This document shows, piece after piece, positions 1 to 12,400 of a stretch of 64,000 nt of DNA. The translations under genes were made by a program, and so were the position numbers. The notes beneath the pieces were generated by a model. That model was not told the DNA's origin and made no database searches. It worked only from the letters and a program-made list of their open reading frames with translations. The first letter of the stretch is position 1, and each line of letters opens with the position of its first letter. This stretch comes from Hormiphora californensis (taxonomy: Eukaryota > Animalia > Ctenophora): positions 8,122,001 to 8,186,000 of the forward strand of contig CM035357.1 in the NCBI GenBank assembly GCA_020137815.1, written 5' to 3'.

Positions 1-2244
1 CTGATATCAGCAAGCGGGAGCATGTACCTTATGGCTAACGCATCTTTGAACTCCTGCTTGTTCAGGACAAATCCATACTCTCTGATGGGCAGAGTGGTGA
101 GCCAACTAGAAGTTCCCGGCTGCCTGAGATCTTCAATTTGGCGTCTGAGGGGTCCATCGACTTCGGAGATAATATTCTCTAGTTTTTCCAGTGATTCTTT
201 TTTCTTGTTCTTGGATATTTTCTTGTGTTCTTCGTTCATTTCTTCTTGTTGCTCTGCCCATTCCACATCGTTTATCTCAAGTTTTTGTTGAATGATATTT
301 TTGACTTGAGACGGGGGGGGGGGGGACATGTTAATTGTTAATAAATCACCTCTTTTTTTCGATTTTGTTAATTAACGTTAATTAACAAAATTAACAAAAT
401 TAACAAATGCTAAAAGACTGTTCTTATTGGTTAATAATACGACTTTAACTGGTTTAATTTTATAGTTTAATGAATTATCTAACACATATATACCCAAACA
501 AGGCCTTTTCCGATAACCAAAGTCCGACATACAGGTTTTTTGGCTCAAAATCGATAAAATTCCAAAAGTTACAAATATTTCAATTTAGCGTATAAAATCT
601 CACTCTAACGTAATTTTTAAATTGGTAATCGATTCTTTGGACGTAATAAGATGATGTACAACGTTTCTGTTGAAAAAAGAAATAAAATTTTCCCAAAATC
701 AATTTTTTGGTCAAGGATTGAAAATTTGCTTCGCTACAAATCCTTGTGTTTTTTTAGAAAAATTGATTTTTGGGATATTTTTCGTTTTAAGGTAAATTCA
801 TGAGTCTTATTTAGTTTTTAGGATGCGAAAATGTGGATTAGTGTCATTTGACTTCAAATGCGGTTTAGTTTGGCTAGTATTTATTAACATCCATATAATA
901 AATTCCATAATGTTAGTCAGTCTGTCCGTTAATTGGTTTTTCAAACTCCTCCCACAGTTTTTGAGCTAGACCCCTGAAAATTTGTACACTGGTACCTTGG
1001 ACCAAGGCGGATGTAAGTACGGGCTCAGATTTTTGATCCGATCTTTACAGCAGTGACGTCACGGGGTGACGTCATTGCGACAAAAAGACTTACATTTTTC
1101 AAACGCTTCTAAGACCCTGAAAACGGCTCTAAATCAAAAAACTAACGCAATAGTGGGGAAAGAGAATCGTTTGAACTTCATTTCCCGTAACTCAATGTTT
1201 AAGGGTCGTAAATCGCGTCGGGAAAGTTAAAAATGCCAAAAATACGATATTTTTCACCGTAGCCACCCAAAATCTTATCCAATCGATATGAAACTTGGTC
1301 GTTATGTGAATTTTAATGTCCTTTGGCCAGGGGTTCCCGGAAAACGGATTGGCAAGATGAGAACTGACCGGAGTTCTTATATAATAAATTAATTCATGGT
1401 CAACACGAAACGCAAAAAGTTTCAAAAAGGTGCGGATTTTTAAAAATAAATTGTTTCCAAATAAAATGCAAAGAAATCGCGAGCGCGCGGCAGTTGTTTG
1501 CACCGTTAACTACAAAAAGACTGCGTGCCCCATTTAATTTGTCCGGTTGAACTGAACATGTTTGCGCGCAATATTCACTCACTGCGTATAGTGGGAGACA
1601 CTAGCGTGGTACGCGCAAAAAAATGCGCGCCACACACCTGTTATTTAAGGTATGTGGCGCGCATTTTTTTGCGCGTATAGTCGAATTTTTTAATCAAGGG
1701 ACAGGGGCCGCGCATTTACAAAAGTCTTTTTGCGCGTGCTAAACGTTTTCGCTCATATCTCCTGTTCCTGATAAGATAAAGACTTGATCTTGGATGCGTT
1801 GAAAAGGTCTTAAAATTATCTTTCCAACGCTTTCGGGTTCAAGTCTTAAGATTGCCAGGAACTTGATCTCGATTATCACGCGCAAATACAAAGCCGTGCG
1901 ACCCCTCTGAATGCGCGGCCCCCTGTCCCTTGATTAAAAAATTCGACTTTACCACGCTAGTGTCTCCTACTAGTAGTGTGGTCATCGCGCGTTCCCGACA
2001 TGTATCGAGCAACGTGGGCCAAAATGGGGCGAGAAATCAGAGCGCTTCTGTGTTTATCACAAAAGTAAAAAACATAAATTTAATGGGGCAAGTAAATAAA
2101 TGTGAAACAAGTATAAAATTCAGGGTTAAAACTTAGGATATTTCTCGTCTGTCTCAACTTCTCTTTCAAAAGCAAACTGATTGACAAATTGTCTCGGTTC
2201 TCTTTTATATAATATCTTTATTCCAGAGTCTTTCCAGTAATCTA

Positions 2245-2400
2245 TCAGTCCATGATGGTTCTGCGGTGATACAGATCGGAGGTTACATCACACAGGGGAA
2301 GAGTGGCAATGATCTGTGTTGTGTAAACTTTGACAAGTGGGCCTGCATGTCAATGGAACTGGTGTATTTCGTCTCCACCAATTGGAATGCTCCCTCGCAC
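2245..2400 (-). pseudogene. MAD1: MAD1 (mitotic spindle checkpoint) terminal exon, captured copy with frameshift
   Basis: Acceptor ctccag|g. Translates CEGAFQLVETKYTSSIDMQAHLSKFTQHRSLPLF, then after a shift at the G4 run (2295-2298) LCDVTSDLYHRRTIMD*. This matches the MAD1 C-terminus pattern (QLLETEF...SIPAFLSSLTLELFSRQT). Confidence 0.75.
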
Positions 2401-2681
2401 CTGGAGGAGAAACATAATTAATATCGGGATTTAATACGAAAACCAAAGAAAACGAATTTAATAAATTAATTTAGTAGGGAATTTTGAAAATTTAATAATC
2501 GTGAGCCCGTTAAATCAGGGTGTCCAGTAAATCAGGGTCAAATACTGTTAATTTCCTATATATGGGGGCGGGGGAGGTTATATCAGGGTCCGACTGCATT
2601 ACTCTTTGTTGATTAACTCCCCGTTCATCCACTAAGTTTTGTGAGAAAATATAATAAGTAACTAACTCGATCCATACTAAC

Positions 2682-2806
2682 TTCTTGAAGAGAAGATTGT
2701 GAGTTGGTGATTCAGCATAGAGAGATACAAGAGAGAACTGTGAGTCCTCGGGGCACGAGAGGGTGTATCCAAACATGTATTCAACATTCTCCTTTAATTC
2801 ACGGAT
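2682..2806 (-). pseudogene. MAD1: MAD1 penultimate exon, captured copy
   Basis: Acceptor tttacag|, donor aa|gttagt. Translates IRELKENVEYMFGYTLSCPEDSQFSLVSLYAESPTHNLLFK, resembling the MAD1 C-terminal domain (GYQI..QYRLTSLYAE..LIFK). Its phase 2 end matches the next exon. Confidence 0.8.
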
Positions 2807-4311
2807 CTGTAAATAGAGAGTATTTAGGGTGTTTAGGGTGTTCAGAGTGTTCAGGGTGCAGTGTTCATGGTGTTCTATAGTGGGTATATTATTATAGTAC
2901 ATGCCCGTGTCGTATTCAGTTCACAGTTACGCTTTACTTCAACGGGTTTTCTAGTTTACAAAATGGAATAAATCGCTGTAGAAAAGCCGTAATAGAGGTA
3001 GTAGGGGTATGTAAATCGTACAGAATGAACAACTTTGCTCGCAGAACAAGTGTTAAATACTAAAAATACGTGCTAAAGGGGATTTAGATGACATAAATGG
3101 CATTTGTTAACGTTTGTTAACTTTTTGTTAATTTGTTAATAAATCACCTGTTTTCTCGATGTTAATATTAACAAAGTTAACAAAATTAACATGTCCCCCC
3201 CCCCTTGAGACGTTGTAGCATTTTTCGAAGCTTGAAATTCTCTGGTCGAGATTTCCACTGGATCAAAAATGTTGAGTCCTGTGTATTTTGTCGGAAGCTT
3301 TGTTATTTCCCTGATTAATGTGTTGACTGGACGTCCAAATATCCGTGGGATAAACACTTCGTTAATGCACTTTTCTAGTGGCTCAAACTTTTCCTTGACA
3401 TTAGGTGTTGTTCTCATCAGAAAAAGCCATTGTTTAGAAAGCGCAAATGTGTAAGCAGCGTAGGCTCCTTGCGGATTTGTGAGCGCCACCTCGCTCAGAT
3501 TTTTCAGATCCTCGATCCATGTTTTGATTTTGTCTTCCACAAATGTTTCCACGAAGGCATCTGTTCCAATTGCTGTTCCCAAATACCTCTGTCCCTCTGT
3601 TGTTAAATTGATCTCTGTTTCCCCAAATATCTTTTCTGCGACTTCCAAGTGTTCCTTCTTTACTATCAGCCACGACTTCTTAGCATTGGGGAAATATCCC
3701 AGAGCAGGTCCAATAACGTTAATCTTGTCCCACCATTTCCTCAATTCTGCCAATCTTCCACTAGCGGAGCTGTCATCTGCGAACCACGTCTGCCTACACC
3801 TGCACTCGGCCAAATCTCTAACCAAAGCTACCGTGCTAATTGAATAAAATGCCGAGGCTAAGTTGCACCCCTGAGTGGTGCCTTCTAATGACATAATAAA
3901 GGACCCATCAAATAATATCAATTTACATGGGCTACGATAAAAATTAATAAGAATTATCGAAAAAACTGGGCATAGGTATCTCATGTTAGCCAACGCAGTA
4001 ACTCGATTTAAACAATTAAATGCGTTAGTGGCATCTACTAGAATTAGACCCTCTGTTTCGTCATCTTCGAACATTTCTCTCACGGCATGTGCGGCTGCTT
4101 CTACACCTGATCTCTGGCCTGCACATAACTGCAGCGGACCAGCTGCCTGTTCAATATCTCTCTTTAAATAAGTACGCACACTTTTACCTATAATACGTCT
4201 CATAATCTCGCCAATTCCAATAGGTCTAACACCTGGTTTCTTGTCTAATCCTATCAATCTACAAGCTAATAATGATTTAAGAGTCCCTGTATCAACAAAT
4301 TCAACGCATAA

Positions 4312-4597
4312 CACGGCGTCATACACATTTTTATTTGGAATTTCTATCTGGAGTTTCTATTTGGAATTTCTATCTAGAAGAACCGCACGTGCAGATGCGC
4401 CGCGCCGCGGCTCATATTCACGTGCGAGATTAAAGAGAGAGACGCACATTAACGTTATACGATTGTCTCTCACTCTCTCTGAAAAAACCGCACGTGCAGA
4501 TGCGCCGCGCCGCGGCTCAAATTCACGTGCGTGTTATACAGATTCTGACAGAAATTACGAGCAAGAAACTCCAGGTAGAAATGTGTATGACGGACTG
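4312..4597. mobile_element. MITE inserted in the CRE RT ORF
   Basis: Imperfect TIR cacggcgtcatacacattt / cagtccgtcatacacattt, TAA (or TA) duplication. Removal restores the R-R-L-C codons. Internal ~46-bp direct duplication at 4381 and 4487. Confidence 0.85.
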
Positions 4598-6496
4598 TAA
4601 TCGTCTCGTCATCCTTGCTATAGCTTCGCTCAGTTCGTTCGTACTGTTGCCAAAAGATTTCGATGTCAACATGCGTCTCCATAGATTGTTATCCATCCCA
4701 CTTGGTCCGCACCCTCCTTTAGTATACATTGCTGCCCTTCGTATCCTCCCTCCATCAAGTTGCTCAAATGTTCCAGGTTCGACTGTTGGGTGCATCGCGG
4801 TTGATACTAATCGTTCTACAGCAATTCTCTGGGCCGGTGGATGTTTTTTCTTCAGTTCGTCTATCAGTTGAGGTGTTACTTGCAGTGGGCCTCCTTGTGC
4901 TGTTCTGAGTAGTCTGAGAGCTGCTGCCACTCTCCCTACCAACATTAGTCTTGAGAATGCAAGATTAGTGTCGGTTTTGTTTCCTGCTGTTGATGAGTTT
5001 AGCCTACCCTGAATGGCAGTGGCTTCTGATAATAGCTGATAAAACTGCCCATCTTTCCATTTTTCCAATCTTTTGGTCAAGAGGTCAAAGTGATCTTTGT
5101 GTTTACTGTTTTTTCGCGGTTTCTGTAACAGCAAAGCGCCACTTACATGAATGGCTGTTAGAGCGATACCCTGTAGATCAGTTTTGTCCGTCCATTTATC
5201 ACATAAATCTTTGATCATCTCAATGTAGTCCTTTCCAGCCTTACCATTGGGTAATGTAAACAAGTTAGGTCGGAAAGAGGACACCTTCTCGTGAATTTCG
5301 TTGAGTGTTGACTCTAGGTTGCCTTGAAAATTTCCCCACTTTAGCTCAATTTTTGTAGTAACTTTGTCAAAAGATGGAATCTGTCTGCAAGTGATACATT
5401 CCCAGTGTGTTCCGTACCCTTCCGATGTTTTTGAATGTTGCATCGTTGATGTTAGCACATTTGCAATGAAACCACAATTGACACCCATCACATTGGACGC
5501 CGTTGTCTACTGTTTTACTACACTCGGGACATTTTTCCACTGACTCCATGTTGTTTTGTGAGTCTTGGTAGATATCTCCTAGCAGATCCATTAGTTGGGC
5601 TTTCTTCATTCTCTGCGAGTACTGGATTCCATGTTCATCTAGTAGAGCCCGAATTTGATTTAATTCCTTCAGTCTTGTTCCACTCATTATCGACAGAACA
5701 AGAATAACTGCATTATGTTTCATAATGCTATGTTTCCCCGCCAACCTTTATTTTCATAACCATCTAATGTGAAGGCGGGACAGACATTTCCGATCATTTA
5801 TGAATCACTCAAACCGTATAGAACAAATCTTTGTGTTTTAGTAGCACTAAATTGTGTGCCACATTGCGCGGCTCACATTTCCTGAAAACGTGCCATTGAA
5901 GTATTTGATGAAGGAGCAACACTGTTGTCCCTCGCAACTGAGCGGGTTACGTTACATAAAAAGCGTGACACTTCACTAGTATGTAAAATAAAATTGTCGA
6001 ATTCTAAACCCCTATGCCTTTTTACAAAAGGCATCCGGGTGAATGCCTTCGGCATTCACCGGGCGGGGAAAAAATTTTGTTGAGAATTCTCAACTAATTG
6101 TGGATGTGAATGTTTAGATCAACATATGATCTTAACGTCAGTAGACAGTGCTCCTTCATAAAAAAATTTATGTGACCAAAGCTGTTAAGCTGTTACTCCC
6201 ACTATTTGGAAGTTCTATATTGTTTTAGAACAAAATTTAGTGATTCAGTCCCCATAGTTACCGTTTCAGTTGACATGGCAACCATAATTTTAAATTTAAT
6301 AAAGAGCGCCATCCACGATATCGAATTGGAAAAGTCACGCTTTTTAATTTGTGAAAAATTTGAAAACTACCTGACTTTAAAGTGAGAGTGGACCGAATCA
6401 GAAGTGGACAAATTTGTTGTAGGTAGTGGAGATAAGCTTTCTGAGCATTTTGCGTTTTTACCTCTCAAAATCGACCCACCCATCACTGAGATATTT

Positions 6497-9400
6497 GGTA
6501 ATATACCAATTCTTGGTGTTCGAAGAAAATAGCGCTAATTAGCGGTTTTAATAGCGCTAATTAGCGCTAATTAGCGCTAATTAGCGATAGCGCTATTTAT
6601 CGATAGCGCTAATAGCGCTAATAATAGCGCTATTTCACAAAATAGCGCTATTTTTGACCGCTAATTAGCGCTAATTAGCGATCAAAAATAGCGGTAATTA
6701 GCGGTAGCGCTATTTTAGCGCTTTTTGTAACCGCTAATCGGGCAATTTATCTAAAAAAATAGCGCTATTAACACTTACAAAAATAGCGCTAATTAGCGCT
6801 AATTAGCGCTAATTAGCGCTATTAACATTCTTAATTCATTTTGTTCGAACCGCTAATTAGCGCTATTTCCAATTTCATCAAAATATAGAAAACGCTATGA
6901 TTGGATAATGTATGTCACGTGACAAAAATCCTGTCATGTGATGAAAAATAGCGCTAATTAGCGCTATTTTTATAATCGCTAATTAGCGCTATTATCAACT
7001 TAAACGTTTATTATTTTGTTAATGGCGCTAGTTAGCGCTAATTAGCGCTATTAATATTTGCAAATAGCGCTAATTAGCGCTAATTAGCGCTAATTAGCGC
7101 TAATTAGCGCTAATTAGCGCTAATAAGCGCTAACTAGCGCTATTTGCATATTATTAATAGCGCTAATTAGCGCTAATTAGCGCTATTATCAACTTGAACG
7201 TTTACTATTTTGTTAATAGCGCTAATTAGCGCTAATTAGCGCTATTAATGTTATGCAAATAGCGCTAGTTAGCGCTATTTGGAAAATATTAATAGCGCTA
7301 ATTAGCGCTAATTAGCGCTATTATCAACTTAAACAGTGATTATTTTAATAATAACGCTAATAAGCGCTAATTAGCGCTATTATCAACTTAAACGTTTATT
7401 ATTTTATTAATAGCGCTAATTAGCGCTATTAATATTTTGCAAGTAGCGCTTGTTAGCGCTAATAAGCGCTAATAAGCGCTAATAAGCGCTAATAAGCGCT
7501 AATAAGCGCTAATTAGCGCTATTTGGAAAATATTAATAGCGCTTATTAGCGCTAATTAGCACTATTATCAACTTAAACGTTTATTATTTTATTAATAGCG
7601 TTAATAAGCGCTAATTAGCGCTATTAATATTTTGCAAATAGTGCAAGTTAGCGCTTATTAGCGCTAATAAGCGCTAACTAGCGCTAATTAGCGCTATTTG
7701 GAAAATATTAATAGCGCTAATTAGCGCTAATTAGCGCTATTATCAACTTAAACATTGATTATTTTATTAATAGCGCTAATAAGCGCTATTGATATTTTGC
7801 TAATAAGCGCTAATTAGCGCTATTTGCATATTATAAATAGCGCTAATTAGCGCTTATTAGCGATATTATCAACTTAAACATTTACTATTTTATTAATAGC
7901 GCTAATTAGCGCTATTAATATTTTGCAAATAGCGCTTATTAGCGCTAATAAGCGCTAATTAGCGCTATTTGGAAAATATTAATAGCGCTTATTAGCGCTA
8001 ATTAGCACTATTATCAACTTAAATGTTTATTATTTTATTAATAGCGCTAATTAGCGCTAATTAGCGCTATTAATATTTTGCAAATAGCGCTAATTAGCGC
8101 TTATTAGCGCTAATAAGCGCTAACTAGCGCTATTTTTAAAATATTAATAGCGCTAATTAGCGCTTATTAGCGCTATTAATAAAATAGTAAACGTTTAAGT
8201 TGATAATAGCGCTAATTAGCGCTAATTAGCGCAATTAATAATATGGAAATAGCGCTAATTAGCGCTTATTAGCGCTAATTAGCGCTAACTAGCGCTATTA
8301 GCAAAATATTAATAGCGCTAATTAGCGCTTATTAGCGCTATTAATAAAATAGTAAACGTTTAAGTTGATAATAGCGCTAATTAGCGCTAATTAGCGCTAT
8401 TAATAATATGGAAATAGCGCTAATTAGCGCTTATTAGCGCTAATTAGCGCTAACTAGCGCTATTTGCAAAATATTAATAGCACTAATTAGCGCTTATTAG
8501 CGCTATTAATAAAATAGTTAACGTTTAAGTTGATAATAGCGCTAATTAGCGCTAATTAGCGCTATTAATATTTTGCAAATAATGCTAATTAGCGCTAATT
8601 AGCGCTTATTAGCGCTAACTAGCGCTATTAGCAAAATATTAATAGCGCTAATTAGCGCTTATTAGCGCTATTAATAAAATAGTAAACGTTTAAGTTGATA
8701 ATAGCGCTAATTAGCGCTAATTAGCGCTATTAATAATATGGAAATAGCGCTAATTAGCGCTTATTAGCGCTAATTAGCGCTTACTAGCGCTATTAGCAAA
8801 ATATTAATAGCACTAATTAGCGCTTATTAGCGCTATTAATAAAATAGTTAACGTTTAAGTTGATAATAGCGCTAATTAGCGCTAATTAGCGCTATTAATA
8901 TTTTGCAAATAATGCTTATTAGCGCTAATTAGCGCTAACTAGCGCTATTAGCAAAATATTAATAGCGCTAATTAGCGCTTATTAGCGCTATTAATAAAAT
9001 AGTAAACGTTTAAGTTGATAATAGCGCTAATTAGCGCTATTAATAATATGGAAATAGCGCTAATTAGCGCTTATTAGCGCTAATTAGCGCTTACTAGCGC
9101 TATTAGCAAAATATTAATAGCACTAATTAGCGCTTATTAGCGCTATTAATAAAATAGTTAACGTTTAAGTTGATAATAGCGCTAATTAGCGCTAATTAGC
9201 GCTATTAATATTTTGCAAATAATGCTTATTAGCGCTAATTAGCGCTAACTAGCGCTATTAGCAAAATATTAATAGCGCTAATTAGCGCTTATTAGCGCTA
9301 TTAATAAAATAGTAAACGTTTAAGTTGATAGCGCTAATTAGCGCTAATTAGCGCTATTAATAATATGGAAATAGCGCTAATTAGCGCTTATTAGCGCTAA

Positions 9401-12400
9401 TTAGCGCTTACTAGCGCTATTAGCAAAATATTAATAGCACTAATTAGCGCTTATTAGCGCTATTAATAAAATAGTTAACGTTTAAGTTGATAATAGCGCT
9501 TATTAGCGCTAATTAGCGCTATTAATATTTTGCAAATAATGCTAATTAGCGCTTATTAGCGCTAATAAGCGCTAACTAGCGCTATTTTTAAAATATTAAT
9601 AGCGCTAATTAGCGCTTATGAGCGCTATTAATAAAATAGTAAACGTTTAAGTTGATAATAGCGCTAATTAGCGCTAATTAGCGCTATTAATAATATGGAA
9701 ATAGCGCTAATTAGCGCTTATTAGCGCTAATTAGCGCTAACTAGCGCTATTAGCAAAATATTAATAGCGCTAATTAGCGCTTATTAGCGCTATTATTAAA
9801 ATAGTAAACGTTTAAGTTGATAATAGCGCTAATTAGCGCTAATTAGCGCTATTAATAATATGGAAATAGCGCTTATTAGCGCTTATTAGCGCTTATTAGC
9901 GCTAATTAGCGCTAACTAGCGCTATTAACAAAATATTAATAGCGCTAATTAGCGCTTATTAGCGCTATTAATAAAATAGTAAACGTTTAAGTTGATAATA
10001 GCGCTAATTAGCGCTAATTAGCGCTATTAATAATATGGAAATAGCGCTAATTAGCGCTTATTAGCGCTAATTAGCGCTAACTAGCGCTATTAGCAAAATA
10101 TTAATAGCGCTAATTAGCGCTTATTATCGCTATTAATAAAATAGTAAACGTTTAAGTTGATAATAGCGCTAATTAGCGCTAATTCGCGCTATTAATAATA
10201 TGGAAATAGCGCTAATTAGCGCTAATTAGCGCTAACTAGCGCTATTAGCAAAATATTAATAGCGCTAATTAGCGCTTATTAGCGCTATTAATAAAATAGT
10301 AATGTTTAAGTTGATAATAGCGCTAATTAGCGCTATTAATATTTTGCAAATAGCGCTAATTAGCGCTTATTAGCGCTAATAAGTGCTAACTAGCGCTATT
10401 TTTAAAATATTAATAGCGCTAATTAGCGCTTATTAGCGCTATTAATAAAATAGTAAACGTTTAAGTTGATAATAGCGCTAATTAGCGCTAAATAGCGCTA
10501 TTAATAATATGGAAATAGCGCTAATTAGCGCTTATTAGCGCTAACTAGCGCTAACTAGCGCTATTTGCAAAATATTAATAGCGCTAATTAGCGCTTATTA
10601 GCGCTATTAATAAAATAGTTAACGTTTAAGTTGATAATAGCGCTAATTAGCGCTAATTAGCGCTATTAATAATATGGAAATAGCGCTAATTAGCGCTTAT
10701 TAGCGCTAACTAGCGCTTTTAGCAAAATATTAATAGCGCTAATTAGCGCTTATTAGCGCTATTAATAAAATAGTAAACGTTTAAGTTGATAATAGCGCTA
10801 ATTAGCGCTAATTAGCGCTATTAATAATATGGAAATAGCGCTAATTAGCGCTAATTAGCGCTAACTAGCGCTATTAGCAAAATATTAATAGCGCTAATTA
10901 GCGCTTATTAGCGCTATTAATAAAATAGTAATGTTTAAGTTGATAATAGCGCTAATTAGCGCTATTAATATTTTGCAAATAGCGCTAATTAGCGCTTATT
11001 AGCGCTAATTAGCGCTATTAATAATATGGAAATAGCGCTAATTAGCGCTTATTAGCGCTAATTAGCGCTAACTAGCGCTATTAGCAAAATATTAATAGCG
11101 CTAATTAGCGCTTATTAGCGCTATTAATAAAATAGTAAACGTTTAAGTTGATAATAGCGCTAATTAGCGCTAATTAGCGCTATTAATAATATGGAAATAG
11201 CGCTAATTAGCGCTAATTAGCGCTAACTAGCGCTATTAGCAAAATATTAATAGCGCTAATTAGCGCTTATTAGCGCTATTAATAAAATAGTAATGTTTAA
11301 GTTGATAATAGCGCTAATTAGCGCTATTAATATTTTGCAAATAGCGCTAATTAGCGCTTATTAGCGCTAATAAGTGCTAACTAGCGCTATTTTTAAAATA
11401 TTAATAGCGCTAATTAGCGCTTATTAGCGCTATTAATAAAATAGTAAACGTTTAAGTTGATAATAGCGCTAATTAGCGCTAAATAGCGCTATTAATAATA
11501 TGGAAATAGCGCTAATTAGCGCTTATTAGCGCTAATTAGCGCTAACTAGCGCTATTTGCAAAATATTAATAGCGCTAATTAGCGCTTATTAGCGCTATAA
11601 ATAAAATAGTTAACGTTTAAGTTGATAATAGCGCTAATTAGCGCTAATTAGCGCTATTAATAATATGGAAATAGCGCTAATTAGCGCTTATTAGCGCTAA
11701 TTAGCGCTAACTAGCGCTTTTAGCAAAATATTAATAGCGCTAATTAGCGCTTATTAGCGCTATTAATAAAATAGTAAACGTTTAAGTTGATAATAGCGCT
11801 AATTAGCGCTAATTAGCGCTATTTATAATATGGAAATAGCGCTAATTAGCGCTTATTAGCGCTAATTAGCGCTAACTAGCGCTATTAGCAAAATATTAAT
11901 AGCGCTAATTAGCGCTTATTAGCGCTATTAATAAAATAGTTATCGTTTAAGTTGATAATAGCGCTAATTAGCGCTAATTAGCGCTAATTAGCGCTATTAA
12001 TATTTTGCAAATAGCGCTAATTAGCGCTATTTTTAAATTGTCTATGGCGCTGATCAGCGCTATTAACAAAATATACATTCATTATTTTGTTAAATGCGCT
12101 AAATAGCGCTAATTAGCGCTATTAACATTTTGCAAATAGCGCTAGTTAGCGCTTATTAGCGCTAATAAGCGCTAATCAGCGCTATTTGCAAAATATTAAT
12201 AGCGCTAATTAGCGCTTATTAGCGCTATTATCAACTTAAACGTTAACTATTTTATTAATAGCGCTAATAAGCGCTAATTTGCGCTATTAATATTTTGCAA
12301 ATAGCGCTAGTTAGCGCTAATTAGCGCTAATTAGCGCTAATAAGCGCTAACTAGCGCTATTTGCAAATTATTAATAGCGCTAATTAGCGCTAATTAGCGC

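Larger units (their letters stand above)
890..2954 (+). mobile_element. Helitron-like element carrying a MAD1 gene fragment
   Basis: Starts A|TCCATATAATAATT, ends ...CTTCAACGGGTTTTCTAG|T, inserted between A and T with no TSD. Short cccgt/acggg stem before the 3' end. Similar 3' ends recur at 35789, 39530, 39990 and 62753. Confidence 0.65.
314..3203. mobile_element. Non-autonomous TIR DNA transposon with poly-G/poly-C termini, inserted in the CRE ORF
   Basis: Termini G(n)ACATGTTAATT ... AATTAACATGTC(n). Flanking direct repeat cttgagacg at 305-313 and 3204-3212 (7-9 bp depending on where the G/C runs are cut). Subterminal gttaataaatcacc at both ends. Confidence 0.85.
1..5687 (-). mobile_element. 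CRE-clade-like non-LTR retrotransposon (single ORF: HeH-like, PHD, reverse transcriptase), interrupted by two insertions; 3' end lies outside the window
   Basis: RT motifs VRPIGIGE, LVDATNAFN, TTQGCNLAS and WFADD (3212-4311). Removing 4312-4600 restores ...RMTRRL|CVEF. Removing 314-3212 restores ...NATTSQ|VKNIIQQ... which, after a 1-nt shift near 155, continues SSWLTTLPIREYGFVLNKQEFKDALAIRY. A PHD-like CxxC..CDxC..WFHxxC..WxCxxC lies at about 5385-5530 with a homopolymer frameshift near 5430. Confidence 0.9.

Noticed and set aside
2245-2806. Native MAD1 locus
   Set aside because: It is enclosed by a TSD-flanked insertion inside a retrotransposon ORF, and no upstream MAD1 exons were recognised in the window.
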